From the NCBI RefSeq assembly GCF_964204645.1, contig NC_134025.1, positions 16,033,101 through 16,097,100 of the forward strand: a DNA stretch of 64,000 nt. The letters are read 5' to 3'. Source of the stretch: Tubulanus polymorphus (taxonomy: Eukaryota; Animalia; Nemertea). Shown here in pieces: positions 1 to 12,903 of the stretch. The notes beneath the pieces are model-generated. The model had not been told where the DNA came from, did no database searches, and was given only the letters and a program-made list of their open reading frames with translations. The position numbers and the translations under genes are program-made. How positions within the stretch are numbered: position 1 is the first letter of the stretch; every line of letters begins with the position of its first letter.

Positions 1-1339
1 CCAAGTTTCATATAAATCCATACATTATTATAGGCGGTATCATGCTAACAACATTGGCTGTCCTAATGTCCATATTTGATGGCTGATGGCCCTATTTTTA
101 TTAGGGCCAAACCAACTCACTAAATTTCATAAAAATCCATCACTTCCATAACATTTTCAGTTTTCAATTGAATCAATTCCAAGATTTTAAACTTTACAAA
201 TCTGTACATAGTAGGTTTCCATTAAATCATATTATCCTAATTCTTCTGCATTTTGCAATTTTCAATGTTGTTCACTTTCTTTTTGATATTGTCTCTATGT
301 CGAGAATGAATGATGTGCTTGTTTTTCTTGCTCAATACTTTGGCGTTCTCACAATCACTCTGTCCACAGGGCTGTCACCGGTTTTGAAAAATTCTCGAAA
401 AAAATGTTTTAATCCTTTTTCCTCTTCTCGTGTCCAATTTCTTTTCTTTACATGGCACCTCTTCAGCAAGCTTCTCTTTTTGGGCTGTATAACATCTGAA
501 AGAAAGTATATGCTATGGGAATATCTGGTATATATGCTAGTATTGGCAAGAGAAACATGGCATGAAGAGAAAATCCGCGTGTAATAATTAATTACGGAGT
601 CTGTAGATTTCACAGAATTTATTTTGGTCATACAAGATAAGGTGTCTTTTAAGATACGAGCTTGATTAAGGAAAACTGTGAAATGGACCATAAGGGTTAT
701 TTCCTGTGAAAAAAACCTAGCTTGACCAATCAAAATAATCACTGATGTTGACAAAAGTCAATTTGTAGGCCAAAAATGAAGATATTATTCAAAGGCATGT
801 AGATTTAATGCAATTCACTAAGCTTGGCGCTATACCCAAAGAAAAAACCACTTACTGAATGTTGTCACACCGGCAATACATGATGCAATTATCACCAGTT
901 ACATCCTCAATGCGGGTCAGTAGAGGCCCATGCCTTAAAAGTCCACCCATACAAAATATCCAACTGAAATGATTTTAGATCAATTTATCCGTTACATGAA
1001 TTAAACTTTTAATAACTGCAATATGTTAAGAAAGGAAAACCAACAATTGAGTAAAATGAATCATAGATTAATCAATAAAAATAGAATTATTATAAATTGT
1101 ACGTGATTTCTAAACTGAAAAATGTACCGAGTGTTTAAACTCTATACAGCCTTACCTTTAAGGCCTTTTTCATTAGTTTTTGACTTCTCGGTTGTATTTT
1201 CTGAAAATGAAACAGTATGCCTTAGTTTAAGTTGCATGTCTAGGTTGCAACTCTTGAGCTTCATCAAATTTCAAATCTTAGGTGCTTTGATTTTAGGATC
1301 CATTCATTAAATATGTAAAACGATAGTGGGTTTGGGTTG

Positions 1340-2830
1340 CAAAAGTTAATATTGTCCATACGTCTTGGGTTGTGCGTCCATTGATTTCTGAGGTGCTTAG
1401 AATAGATTTAAATATCTATCAACATGTAAAATAATAGTGGGCTGCAAAAGTAAACAATGTCTATCAGTTTTGTGTTGCGCGTCCATTGATTTCTGAGGTG
1501 CTAAGAATAGATTTAAAGATCTATCAACATGTAAAATCATAGTGGGCTGCAAAATTAAACAATGTCCATAATTTTGGGTTGCGCGTCCATTGATTTCTGA
1601 GTTGCTTTGATTTAAAGATCTATTCATCAACATGTAAAACAGTATTGGGCTCTAAAAGTAAATAATGTCCATCAGTTTTGGGATGCGCGTCCAATGATTT
1701 CTGAGGTGCTTGGATTGAAAGATCTATTTATCAACATGTAAAACAATATTTGGCTGTAAAAGTAAATAACGTCCATTGGTTTTGGGTTGCCCGTCCATTG
1801 ATTTCTGAGGTGCTTACATTTAAAGATCTATGAACTGGTTGAATAATAGTGGGCTGCAAAAGTAAATAATGTCCATCAGTTTTGGGTTGCGCATCCAGTA
1901 AATTCTGAGGTGCTTTTTTCAATAACTATTCATAAGACAATCAAAGAAGTCCCACAATTATGGCGGAATGATATGATTCCACCAGATGATGGATGTTAGT
2001 CAACAGCCCAAACGTTGTGGTTTCAACATAATAAATTTTATCATATAAAATTCGAATTGTGGGACTTCTGCAATTATCTACAGCGTACACGGATTAGAGT
2101 GTTTCATTCGACTACTATTTATAGGACATTTATCAAAACTTTTAACTCTACATTCAACGCCGTCAATTACACCCAGGTTTGGATAAGGCAATAATACTCA
2201 GTAAACCAATTCGAAGATAGAATATTGATACTCAATATTTAATGCGAGTCCTGATTTAGGAATTTATTGCTAAAAATTCTTCAAAGTAGCGATCGAGTTC
2301 CTATTAGTTTCTAAAAAGCAGCTTAAACTCACATTTTAAGATAAACTTATGAAAGTAAAATAGAGCGCCGCAAAAGTATCTAATGTCGATCAGTTTTGGG
2401 TTGCGTTTCCGGTGATTTCTAAAGACCTTTGAAAGATCTATTTACAAACATGTAAAAAATAATGGGCTGTGAAATTAAGGAATGTCTATCAGTTTTGGGT
2501 TGCAAGTCCATTAAATTATGAGATGCTTATTTCAAGATCTTTGAACATGTAAAATAATAGTGGGCTGCAAAAGTAACTAATGTCCATGGGTTTTGGGTTG
2601 CACGTCTAGTTAATTCTGAGGTGCTTATTTTAAGATCTGTAAACATATGAAATAATTGTGAACTGCTAAAATAACTTATGTCCATTGCTTTTAGGTTGCT
2701 TGTCCGGTGATTTCTAAGGTGCATTAAAAGGATCTATTTAACATGTAAAACAATAGTGGGTTGCTGAAGTAAGTAACGTCCATCCAGTTTGCGCGTTCAT
2801 TGATTTCTGAGGTACTCATTTCAAGATCTT
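1340..2830. repeat. Diverged tandem satellite, ~115-120 bp unit, in two blocks (~1340-1920 and ~2340-2830)
   Basis: The unit AACATGTAAAATAATAGTGGGCTGCAAAAGTAAA..TGTCCATCAGTTTTGGGTTGCGCGTCCATTGATTTCTGAGGTGCT..TTTAAAGATCTAT recurs about 9-10 times. The short ORFs here are repeat artefacts. Confidence 0.9.
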
Positions 2831-2957
2831 TAAGTACTGTTCATCAGGGACACAAAGACCAACCAGCCATAAAATTTAGGCTGGGGACATTTCGCCGGAT
2901 AACATTTCATTTTCGTATCGTTATCAAGCCAGATATGGCTTGCGATTGGCTCATTCT

Positions 2958-3413
2958 GGTATCGGAACAATTGCCCCCGGAAAATTGCGCCCTAGGACAA
3001 TTGCCCCCAAATAAAATCTTTTTAATCTTAAAGAAACACAGATATTTACTTCAAATTATTTAGACAGTGAACTTATTCTAGCTAATTACTATAGGACTGC
3101 TTTAAAGTTTTTGATTGGCTAAAGTAACACTAAAACTATTTCCAATAAATCAGCCAACGTTAACTAATGCACTAATAAGTGGACTTATTAAGTTTTCTTT
3201 AATTTGGTAAGTGAATTATAATTACACAAGCACTGATTTAAAGTTTTTGATCTGCACACAACATCAGTAATTCTATATCTTATAGATATATTCAATAATA
3301 CACAAATGAATTTCTAAGTAAAGTATTTAGGTGGTGTTAATCAAAATCAAAAAGGATTTTATTCGGGGGGGGGGGGGCGGGGCAATTGTCCGGGGGCCAA
3401 TTGTCCTAGAATC
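2958..3413. mobile_element. Non-autonomous TIR element (MITE), Mutator-like
   Basis: Inverted subterminal repeats ACAATTGCCCCC (left) and GGGGCAATTGT (right). Imperfect 9-bp flanking duplication GCTCATTCT / GCTAATTCA. Confidence 0.6.
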
Positions 3414-4309
3414 GCTAATTCAATGTGCACGACTTCAAAGAAAAGGTGAAGGAACGGTTTAAAGAAAACATAGCCAAGAGCTTGGTAAGGGGCCGTGCAT
3501 CAAGTATGCGTGCTAGAAATTTTAACCCTCTCCCCCAGTGTACTTTTTTTTATGAACCTCCCCTTGCGTACATACTTCTATGATTGACTTCGCTCCATGT
3601 CAAAAAGAATTTTTCAAATCCATGGCTTAAAAAAGGCAAAATTTGGTTTCCTTGGTGTTTCATGCACAATGTAGGTACTATTTAACATAAACCCCCTTAG
3701 AAAAACACATTTATCCCCCTTAGAAAAGTATGTACGCTTTGAGCTCACCTCTCCCCTCTCCATATATATATGGCACTACACCTAACCTACATAACCCTAA
3801 TCCTAACCTTCCAGACCCTCTACTCACCCTCTCGACATGATCACATTGACTTAAAGGATGCCACCCACACCAGGAATGCACTGGGATGAAAGTTATCTCA
3901 GTGTTGACAACTAGGCCTATTTTAGTTGCATCCAACTGGAGAGATTGTTCCTTAATTAAATTTGGAAAAACAAAGACTACAGCAAAAGAAATATTAAGAA
4001 AAATACACTGACCTTTTCAATAATAACTTTCACCTTGAAATGTATTGAAATTCTTCGGGGTTCACAAGGAAATTGCATTTCATGGCAAGTAGCCAATGAA
4101 TACACAGCATTTTATGAACAGGGCGTTTTGATTGGTTATTGTTGAAATTAATGCATCAGTGAGCACTAGATGTCACTACCTCCACATACAGCAATGCACC
4201 ATGGATGAAATGTGTCCATGGACATCTGACGTCCTTCATTAACCATTGCATGTCAATCAATATCCATATGAATTATGAGGTGTGATAACTGTTACACATT
4301 GTAACACCA

Positions 4310-4490
4310 GGAAAGTCGACATTGTCGACCAGTAAAACAGGTCGGCAATCACATTCACAAAATAGTCGACATCGTCGACCAGTTAAACAGGACGGCATTC
4401 ACGTTCACAGAATAGTCGACATTGCCAACCAGTAAAAAGAGGTCGGCAATCACATTAACAGAATAGTCGACATTGTCGACCAGTAAAATT
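4310..4490. repeat. Short tandem repeat (~50 bp x 4) containing the palindrome GTCGACATTGTCGAC
   Basis: AGTCGACATTGTCGACCAGTAAAACAGGTCGGCAATCACATTCACA is repeated. It is probably the subterminal array of a degraded TIR element. Confidence 0.75.
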
Positions 4491-7400
4491 TACGTAACCT
4501 CACTCGCCTATTGCTGATTAATTCATTCTCGCGCAGGAATATGTGCTATGTACAAAATGTGCTCAGCCTTCTGAACTACTTGTCCCGTCTACTTCAGTTG
4601 AGCCCGTGTCCTTTAGGCATACCAGTCTAATAAAAAGAGCCTCCGAAAACTGGCGAATGCATTATACCCAATGATTGAATTGATAAACAAGATAAAGAGT
4701 TTTAATAAGTTATTTCACCTCTGCGAAAAAATGAAGAATTTCTGGGATAAGCTAATGTGGATTTGCAAATTTTAAATTGAAGTTTTAAGAAATTTGGGGA
4801 ATTATGAGATTTTGCGATTGGGTAGATGATACTTCGACTGTAGTAGTGGTTTAATTTTTTTATTGAAAATTGTCAATAATTGATAACTTGTGACCAAATT
4901 CATTCACTTTTGCCTCTAAGCTGGTCTGCAACTTCATTGCCTCCATGGTTGAAAAAAGAGCTCTTCTGATGTCTGCTTCATCATGACTTCGAGCATATCG
5001 TGTGGCCAAGCCAGCCGGCCCGGTCCCGGGTTTGGCTGTGCCTCGATATCCTAAAAATTTAGCCTTGAGTCTGGGTTGAGGTAGACATTGTCATTTAGAA
5101 TAACTTGTTTATGTTATTCTGTATGAATTACCCGCGTGTCTTGTATGTTGTATTTTCTTATTTTAAAAGTTGTAACTTTATTCAATTTGCGAATTTTATT
5201 CCGGAATTTCAATGTAATAAAGAATTGAATTCAATCGTCACCTAATACACTTGCCATCAGAGGACGCTGAGCCGTATATAACAGCTATGCTATTATAAAT
5301 TGCTAATCTCATGAAACCTGCATACCCCTAATATCGAACATATTTTCTACATTTGAGTATTGAAATTATATGATTACACATTTTCATATTGACTGCTTGT
5401 AGCCGCCGATGAATTTCACGCCGGCTACACAGATTGTAGATAGCTTTGTCATTCCACCAGCATCCCCATGTCAGGTTCTGACTTTTATATCAGACTTCTG
5501 CATCGTGTATACATCCGCCATTTATCCGAATAATCCGATTTACTTATCATTTCTATTCATGCCTGCCGCTTCTGATATAATCATACATCTTTTACTATTA
5601 CAATACGTCTTCTAATGATATTTAGTGCAATATAATATTCCAATGTTCAAATAGAGGTCATTATATAATCACAGGAAGCCATTATACATCTTTGTCCATA
5701 ATATTATGCCAAATAGCTTGTATGTGTACACATAGACCTGTGAAGTTTTGCACATCGATTTACGGTTGTTGTTTGTAAAATGACGCTGAATTGTTAACAT
5801 TGTTTAGGTTTCATAATGGTAACGTTTTATAAAGCGTCAAAAAAAATGAAGGTGGAAAAGGAATGTAATTACCTTAACTGGACAAAAACATACCTCCAGT
5901 GTAGACGAAAGTTTCCTCGACATTTGTGCCAATGGATGTTCAATTTCTGGCAGTGTAACAATAGATGGGCTCTGAAATACAAATAACGCGGATAAATAGT
6001 AACACACTTTTAATTGTCACTTTGGTAATTCTAACCAATTTTTCAGCAACTGACCCCTGCAGTGTCCCATTGAACAAGGCAATTTTAACACGTAATTCGG
6101 TTCAAGTCCAGTATAATGTGGAATAGTTCCCCGCCCAAAGATACATAATAAATAATTTACAGGCAAAGTGGTGGACCTTTCTACTATCTAGAAGAATGTA
6201 CAATTATACATGTATTCATTTTGATTTTAACTTGCGTGGCTGTTAGTTTTGGTTTAAATATGTCCAGAAAACTATAATGGCTCTGGGAAGCATAACACAA
6301 ATTTTGATATTGGCTGTGTGTTTTAGCAATTCTTTGTATTTAGCATAAAAATTCAGGAAGCCAATTAAACAGTTCCAAAATTATCATTTTAAGCCTACCA
6401 ACTCATTTTATTCCTGATGAATGTGGCAATATTTTCCTATAGGTTTAGATTTTGTTCAATGCTCTATCCAATTAATCCAGCAGTTTCAAACGGCATCTTG
6501 AATGCAGATAGGAATAGATGATGAGACAGCACAAATACTCATCAGAAAGTGACAAACCATAATTTATCGACATTTTGAAATTTTTTAAAATTGCCATATA
6601 ATATGTTTTTAGGACAAATAAACGTTGAATTTTATCATACGGGAGTCCCCTACAATTTTTAGGTCTGTGAACAATTTCAAGCTCAAACATTCTGAACTTA
6701 ATATTTTCTGAAAATAGATCAAAATTTAGGTTAAAAAACAGAAAATATCAAAACTTTATTGGTAATTAACTATTTTTAAAACGATAAATTTCCCATTCTT
6801 GAAGATCTAAAAACCTTTTGAGTATGTAGAACTAAGTGGACACCTCCCACTCCTTTGCTTATCCCTATACCGTAACATATAGTGCATAAATATACATTTT
6901 TGTTATGGTTTTACATCAAGAAACAGCGATTTTACCAGACCTTGACTAAGTTATATAAGAAGGTAAGTATCCATCGACGGAGGGTAGACTTGGGATAAAT
7001 TACTTAATCATAATGAATAATAATAAAGTTGTTTTTCATATTGAATTTTTATTGAGTCTGATATATCCATTAACTTCCTTTTGTTAAAGAAAATAGCCCC
7101 GTAAAATGTGACTTTACGATAGATTATACGACAGAAGGAAGTAAGTGGACGTACTTTGATAAATATGCCAGATATTTAAATGATATTTTCTGACATAATG
7201 AAGATCTAAATCTCCAAGAATCCTGCATTTAATTACAGAAATGACTTCAAATATAGGTAGGGGGATACTTAAACACTATGAGGTATAGTGATCTGTGATT
7301 TTTGTGTTTGGAGGGGCAATGGTTTTTAACGAAAAATCTTTAACGCCAAATTTCTCAAAACAGTACACAATGAACATACACCCTTTTGTCAGAAATGGGC

Positions 7401-8639
7401 AGAATTTTGATTTACATTGGGGCAGCTGCACCTAATTTTTTTCCTTTTTCGAATAAATTCCTATTCCAAAAGTCGGAAACTTGTTTATCTCATAATCCTT
7501 TGGTCCCAAATGAGAAATCAAGCACCGAATGTCGGAGGGCCGTATTCACATTGCAGTTTGATTTCTTACCTGGGTTGAAATTAACGATATACATCAACAA
7601 TCGTTATTTCAGTAGTGGCTTGTGTATTAGAAATGAAAAATAAAACCGAAATAGTGTTCTTGTTGATTCAGTTTTTCTAATAAATTTCGAGTCATAATGT
7701 CGGAATCCAACTTATTCGAAGGCGGGGGTTTTTCTTGGTCCCAAAAGATCCGAATTACGCAAGGTTTACTGTAGGAATGCAGATATTGAGGAGGCTTTTA
7801 GGCAGGGTTTAAACGCATCTGAAACAACATACAGACTATTACTTCAGGGAAGTTGACGACGTTAGTATTCAGTATTGTAAGCACATATCCCGCGGTCAAA
7901 GTCACTGTTGAAGGGGTATATATAGATAATATACGAGTCATATTGATTACGGCGTAGTCCAGATTTCTTTTTTTCTGGTTGGGCATTCTCAAATATTTGA
8001 TAATGTTTGCTATCCATTTTCACAGGACATGTTTACGCAAGACCTGCCCTGTTTTTCACAATTTTTCGATGATATCTTTCTTTATATGACTGTCTTGATT
8101 GTCAATCTTGTAACTTGTAAAAGTTATGTTCTTCTCAATTTTCAATCTATTGATTTGCAAGTGTGTTTTTCCATTTCTCCCACCATTTGAATGAATTTTA
8201 ACACAATTTTCATTTTGTTTTATTTTTTTTCTGAAGTCCGAGTATAAGGAAAATGCTCCAGTAACAAAATAATTTCATTTTCATTTTTTTTCCTGTTCCT
8301 TTCCATTTTAAAATGCCACAAAGAAGGAAATTCTTATTATGGTCTATAAAATTGTATATTGAATAGGTAGACTGAAACTAAATGAAACTATTTAGAAGTT
8401 TTTACCAGTATAAATCTATCAATCATTTTAGAATAACACGCAACATGAAAAAAAAAATTAACAATTGCAATACAATGTACTGTGTATCTTTAAAAAAATT
8501 AGTAACTATATAATCATTGTAATCACCTGTGTTAATACTGGCCCATTGAGACCCTAAACCGTCAAGCAATATATGCATACATATCAATATCTGCATAGAT
8601 ATAAACACTTATACCTGAACTAGAATTTCTGCCTCTGAT

Positions 8640-9695
8640 CTGCCACCCATTCACCCAGGCAATCACGCATGCGCCTCGTTGGGCAGCACCTGTCTTATAG
8701 CTCCTGGAAATTGTGATTTTACCAGTGGAATACATGTTAACAGTTTTCGTTTCTTTTACTGGAGCAATTAATAATATACCAAGGACGCAGTCAAGTAGTT
8801 TTAATGGATTTAAATGCCATCTGGCACTGGCAATTTAGTTCTTAAATTAAAAGATTCTGGATTTAATTCTATGTCAATGTCAACAGATGGCAGTCCTAAC
8901 GGCAGAATATATTGAGACAAGATTGGGACTTAGAGCAATAAATATTGACTTTGTAAGCGCACTTCCTAACAATATCTATACAACTATCAGCGACATTGGA
9001 ATCAATAGAAAACCAACTAACCGTGGTCGTAATTGTGAACTTGGAATCAATAGAAATCCAACTAAGTGCGGTCGTAGATCTGGAGCAAGGTTAAATAAAC
9101 ACAGACCAGCTGGTGTTAACGGAAGCAATTTTACCTATATTTCAATCGAGAAAAACTCAGTCTTTAAAAACTTATTGAAGGCTGTTTAATTGAATACTAG
9201 GTCCCTGGTCAATAAAACAACATTGATCAGCGATCATATTTTAGAACAGTCAGCAGACCTAGCATTTTTTACCAAAAAATGGATCAAAGACAATGAGACC
9301 CATTCTCACAGAATATCTCATGTAACTCCTGTTGGTTACAAGTTTTTAAGTAGCCCTCGTGCTTCTGGTCACCGTGGTGGCGGAATCAGTGTTCTTTGCA
9401 ATGCTTCTGCTAAAGTTCAATCGTCTTCAGCTCGCCCAGAACAATGCTGCTCGCCTTATCACCAAGAAAAAGAAGAGTAAACACATAACACCTGTACTAT
9501 GGTCTTTACATTGGTTGCCAGTATTGGTGCGGACTAGCACCTGAGTACCTGCAATCCCTTCTGTCTCAATATTATCCGACCCGGTCTCTGCGTTCCAGCC
9601 ACGATAAAACAATTCTAGTCAAACCAATTCCACGTAATTTTGTACGGCAGCCGATCTTTTAAATGTATTAGTCCAATGTATCATTATTATTATCG
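8640..9695 (+). mobile_element. Internally deleted L2/CR1-group LINE remnant
   Basis: The APE endonuclease start (NTRSLVNK...ADLAFFTKKW...RGGGISV, 9190-9420) is joined directly to an L2-type ORF2 C-terminus (RLQLAQNNAARLIT..HITPVLWSLHWLPV). (ATT)n tail at ~9683. The 5' limit is approximate. Confidence 0.75.
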
Positions 9696-11564
9696 TTGCT
9701 TGGCAGAGGGATACAACTTCCAGACTCTCGCAAAGGATAGGGACATCTTCATACAAGTTAATTAACTGCGGAGTAAATGTACAGTATATTAAATGTGGTG
9801 TAACCAGGACAATATTGGGTATGTCTAATCCTAATTTAAAGGTGTTCAGTTCATGCAGCTCCTGGTTGGTAAGTAGTACAAAATCTCCCCATGGGCTAAC
9901 TTTTTGGCACGATTTTTCGCATCATTTTGAAAGAAAATACTGCACATGGGGCACTTCATAATACACAGGGACATATTTATTTTAATCATAAGGCCACACA
10001 AAGAAATATCCTAGTTTCTCAAGAAAGTTAAATGCCGCCCGCGTCATTGAAAAAGTACCTAATAAAAATAAAAAAGTAAAATGCGCTCGCCCGCATCGGT
10101 AAAGCATCAATCGTGTTTTTTTAAATAAAAATTAAAACCCGCTCGCCCGCATAGCTGTGAGATGCAGTACAGTCATTTTTTTCATTTATTTTCTGCGGGC
10201 GTTATGCCCGCCTTCGCGTAATCCGCATTTTAGTGTTCACGGTGACAACAACAACGACAAGGTCGTCGAGTTACACACAGCGTGAAAAGGGAAAAGGTAG
10301 CAAAAATGATTGTATGCTCCGTTTCGATTAAACACGGTGAGGCAGTTGTGTTAGATTGGTCTGTTCTTGCTTTAGACAATGGACTTAACGTGAAGGAAGC
10401 CTTCAACTATATACTTTTCGAAAGCAATGACATTGTAAAATCGGAATCGCCAGGGGAACTGAGTTCCTGCATTTTAAACAAATCTTTGTCGACTTTGAAT
10501 GACCAGAACAGCGAAGGAATTCATAGCGTTAAAGCTATGTTGGAAGCCAAATCGATGGCAAATTTCAGACCTCGTCTCTGCACCTGTGCATGCAAGACAC
10601 TACCCAGTTTGGGAAATATGTGAGGTATCATGTAGTTGACAGTAAGAAAACTGAAGCTAGTAACACCAGCAGTCGGCAGCCGACTGCATTCGAACTAATG
10701 ATGATGTCTGCACAGAAAACCGTATGGCCAGAACAGTATGATCCTGTTCGAAATAAAAAACAAGAAATGTACAACCATATCTTATTGCTCTTAAAATCAA
10801 GTGGTTTACCGGGTTGGAAACCAGCCGATCTTAACTGTGGCACGAATTTCATCAACACATTATTAGACATCATGTGGATGATAGACGGTCACCAGGTAGG
10901 TATTAATGTCTCAAAAGATTTCAAGTTATGACAAAAGTTTCAAAAACAGAAAGATATATGAAACAATACTCTGTCACTGAGTTACACGTCAAAAATGCTT
11001 TCATATTGACACATAGATAGGTCTATTAACGGATCTGATTTTCTGAACGTAGGCTACATTTATCTTGCGGCTTTCATGCATGTTAACTTATGATAAAAAC
11101 AAACTGTTTCACCAAGTAATTTGGTGGACAACCTACTGGTTTGGCAAACCAACAACATGGCTCTAACAAAAACAGGGAATAACATTTTTGTGTACAATAT
11201 GAATTTAGTACTGACAGCATATATAATTTACAAAAATATTTATTGCGATTTCAGGATAAACTATATTCTAGAGGTTGTAAGATTCCAGACAAGTTGGTTG
11301 GCCTAAATGGGTACAACTGTCCAGAGCGACATGAACACACACAACCGAAACTTAATGGAATTGAGCTTTCGGCATCTTCACAGTTGCATTTCAAGACGCT
11401 GCAACAGGTATTAGCTACTAAAATTGGCAAAAATATTGAAGTTTGAAATATTTAATGATATATTTTCACTATATAACCATGTTTCAGTGAATTCGGAGTC
11501 ACAGCTAGTCGTCTTTAATTTTACCGTTGAAAACCTGTACTTTTTTTCTTACAGCCATGGATTC

Positions 11565-12439
11565 TGTCATGCATTCGGATTCGGCCTTGCATTCATAACT
11601 TCATATATTCATGCATTCTGCATGCATTCATAACTTCATATATTCATGCATTCTGCATGCATGCATAGCTTATAGCTAGCTGTGTGTTTGTTGGGATCGG
11701 CGCACCTTTCTCAATGTGACCATTCAACCCTAGCGGTCAATTCTATATAAGATTTGGTTTAAGCGTCGTTTCACTAGACACGACAAACCCGTCCAGCTGT
11801 TAGGACACCGTATTGGGTGTAGTATAGTAACACATGTATGCTGTTCACGGGGTAAGTTAAACTATTCTAATATTCATTCTTAATAATCATTCCAAGCAAA
11901 TTGCTTAATAGATAAACCATTGTATTGTTCTATCTTCGGATAAATCTTTGTATTATAATCAAATAACATTACAATTGAGACGCACGTTTGGTTTGCAGGG
12001 TTTATGACCCTTATAAATGTCGTAACAATAATTGTTGTTGTCTTTTAGTTTGTGAATTATATCCACTCAGATACGTCAAGTGAGTGCGTGTCTCGAAACC
12101 TCCCGTACTCAAGCTACGTCGGTTAGTGCGGTTAACGTCTGAGCGCCTGATATTTCAGTTACTAACGGACGGTCGTCAACATTCGCAATATCCTGGGAGA
12201 CTCGTCATACGTTGATCAGTGTGCACCCATCAAGGTCACGTCTCACTCGGATACCACCACGACTCACTACTGGAGAAGTGTGATCAAACTCTAACTCTAA
12301 CTACATTCTAATTAACTGTAGAAGTTACGTTGGAATAAATTAGTAATTCGTTTTGTTTTAATTTAAGAATTCTTGTCGTCCGTTGTTGATTCTCTGCTAT
12401 CGGATATCCTATTGGGGTTTTCCACGGACCCTCGTGACA
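11565..12439 (+). repeat. 5' LTR of the Gmr1-like element
   Basis: Near-identical to 17349-18211 (about seven substitutions by eye, plus an altered first ~20 bp). Ends in CGTGACA. Confidence 0.93.
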
Positions 12440-12440
12440 A

Positions 12441-12458
12441 TGGTGGCAGCGGTGGGAT
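12441..12458 (+). promoter_or_regulatory. Primer binding site, tRNA-Leu
   Basis: TGGTGGCAGCGGTGGGAT is complementary to the tRNA-Leu(AAG/TAG) 3' end ATCCCACCGCTGCCA-CCA, and lies immediately after the LTR. Confidence 0.9.
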
Positions 12459-12903
12459 ATCCTTAGCGGAAGAATTAACGTTAGACTTCAAATTTCATAC
12501 AGATTTGTCACGTATTTTATATATATTATGTAAAGTATCTGTATCATTTATTCTCTTTAAAGAGCAGTTCATTGTTACTTGTAACGGAAGACTTGCTTCA
12601 CAAACCTTCTCATGTACGTTCATATATGGAAAATGGTGTTGAAACGTGAATGAAGAACAGTCAAAGTAAAGTTTATCCCGTAACGGTTGCACATGCGTAA
12701 CATATCAGGTAGTGTTCACCGGTGAGTGTTAATATTGTGAAAGTTGCGCTTAAGGGGGATTAATCGTTCGAAATTCCTTTTTGCACACCAATTGTTCATA
12801 CTGTTCACGTTGTTGTCGATCTGGTCACTTGGTCAGCTTTGATACTGCTTGCTTTCGTATATTGAATGTATGTATTGATATGTTGTTTAATCTTTGATGC
12901 AAA

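Noticed and set aside
1340-2830. CRISPR-like regular repeats
   Set aside because: The whole unit is repeated with no unique spacers, there are no cas genes, and the context is eukaryotic.
4310-4490. Palindromic repeats as a CRISPR array
   Set aside because: The inter-repeat sequences are also homologous to one another, so this is a tandem repeat.
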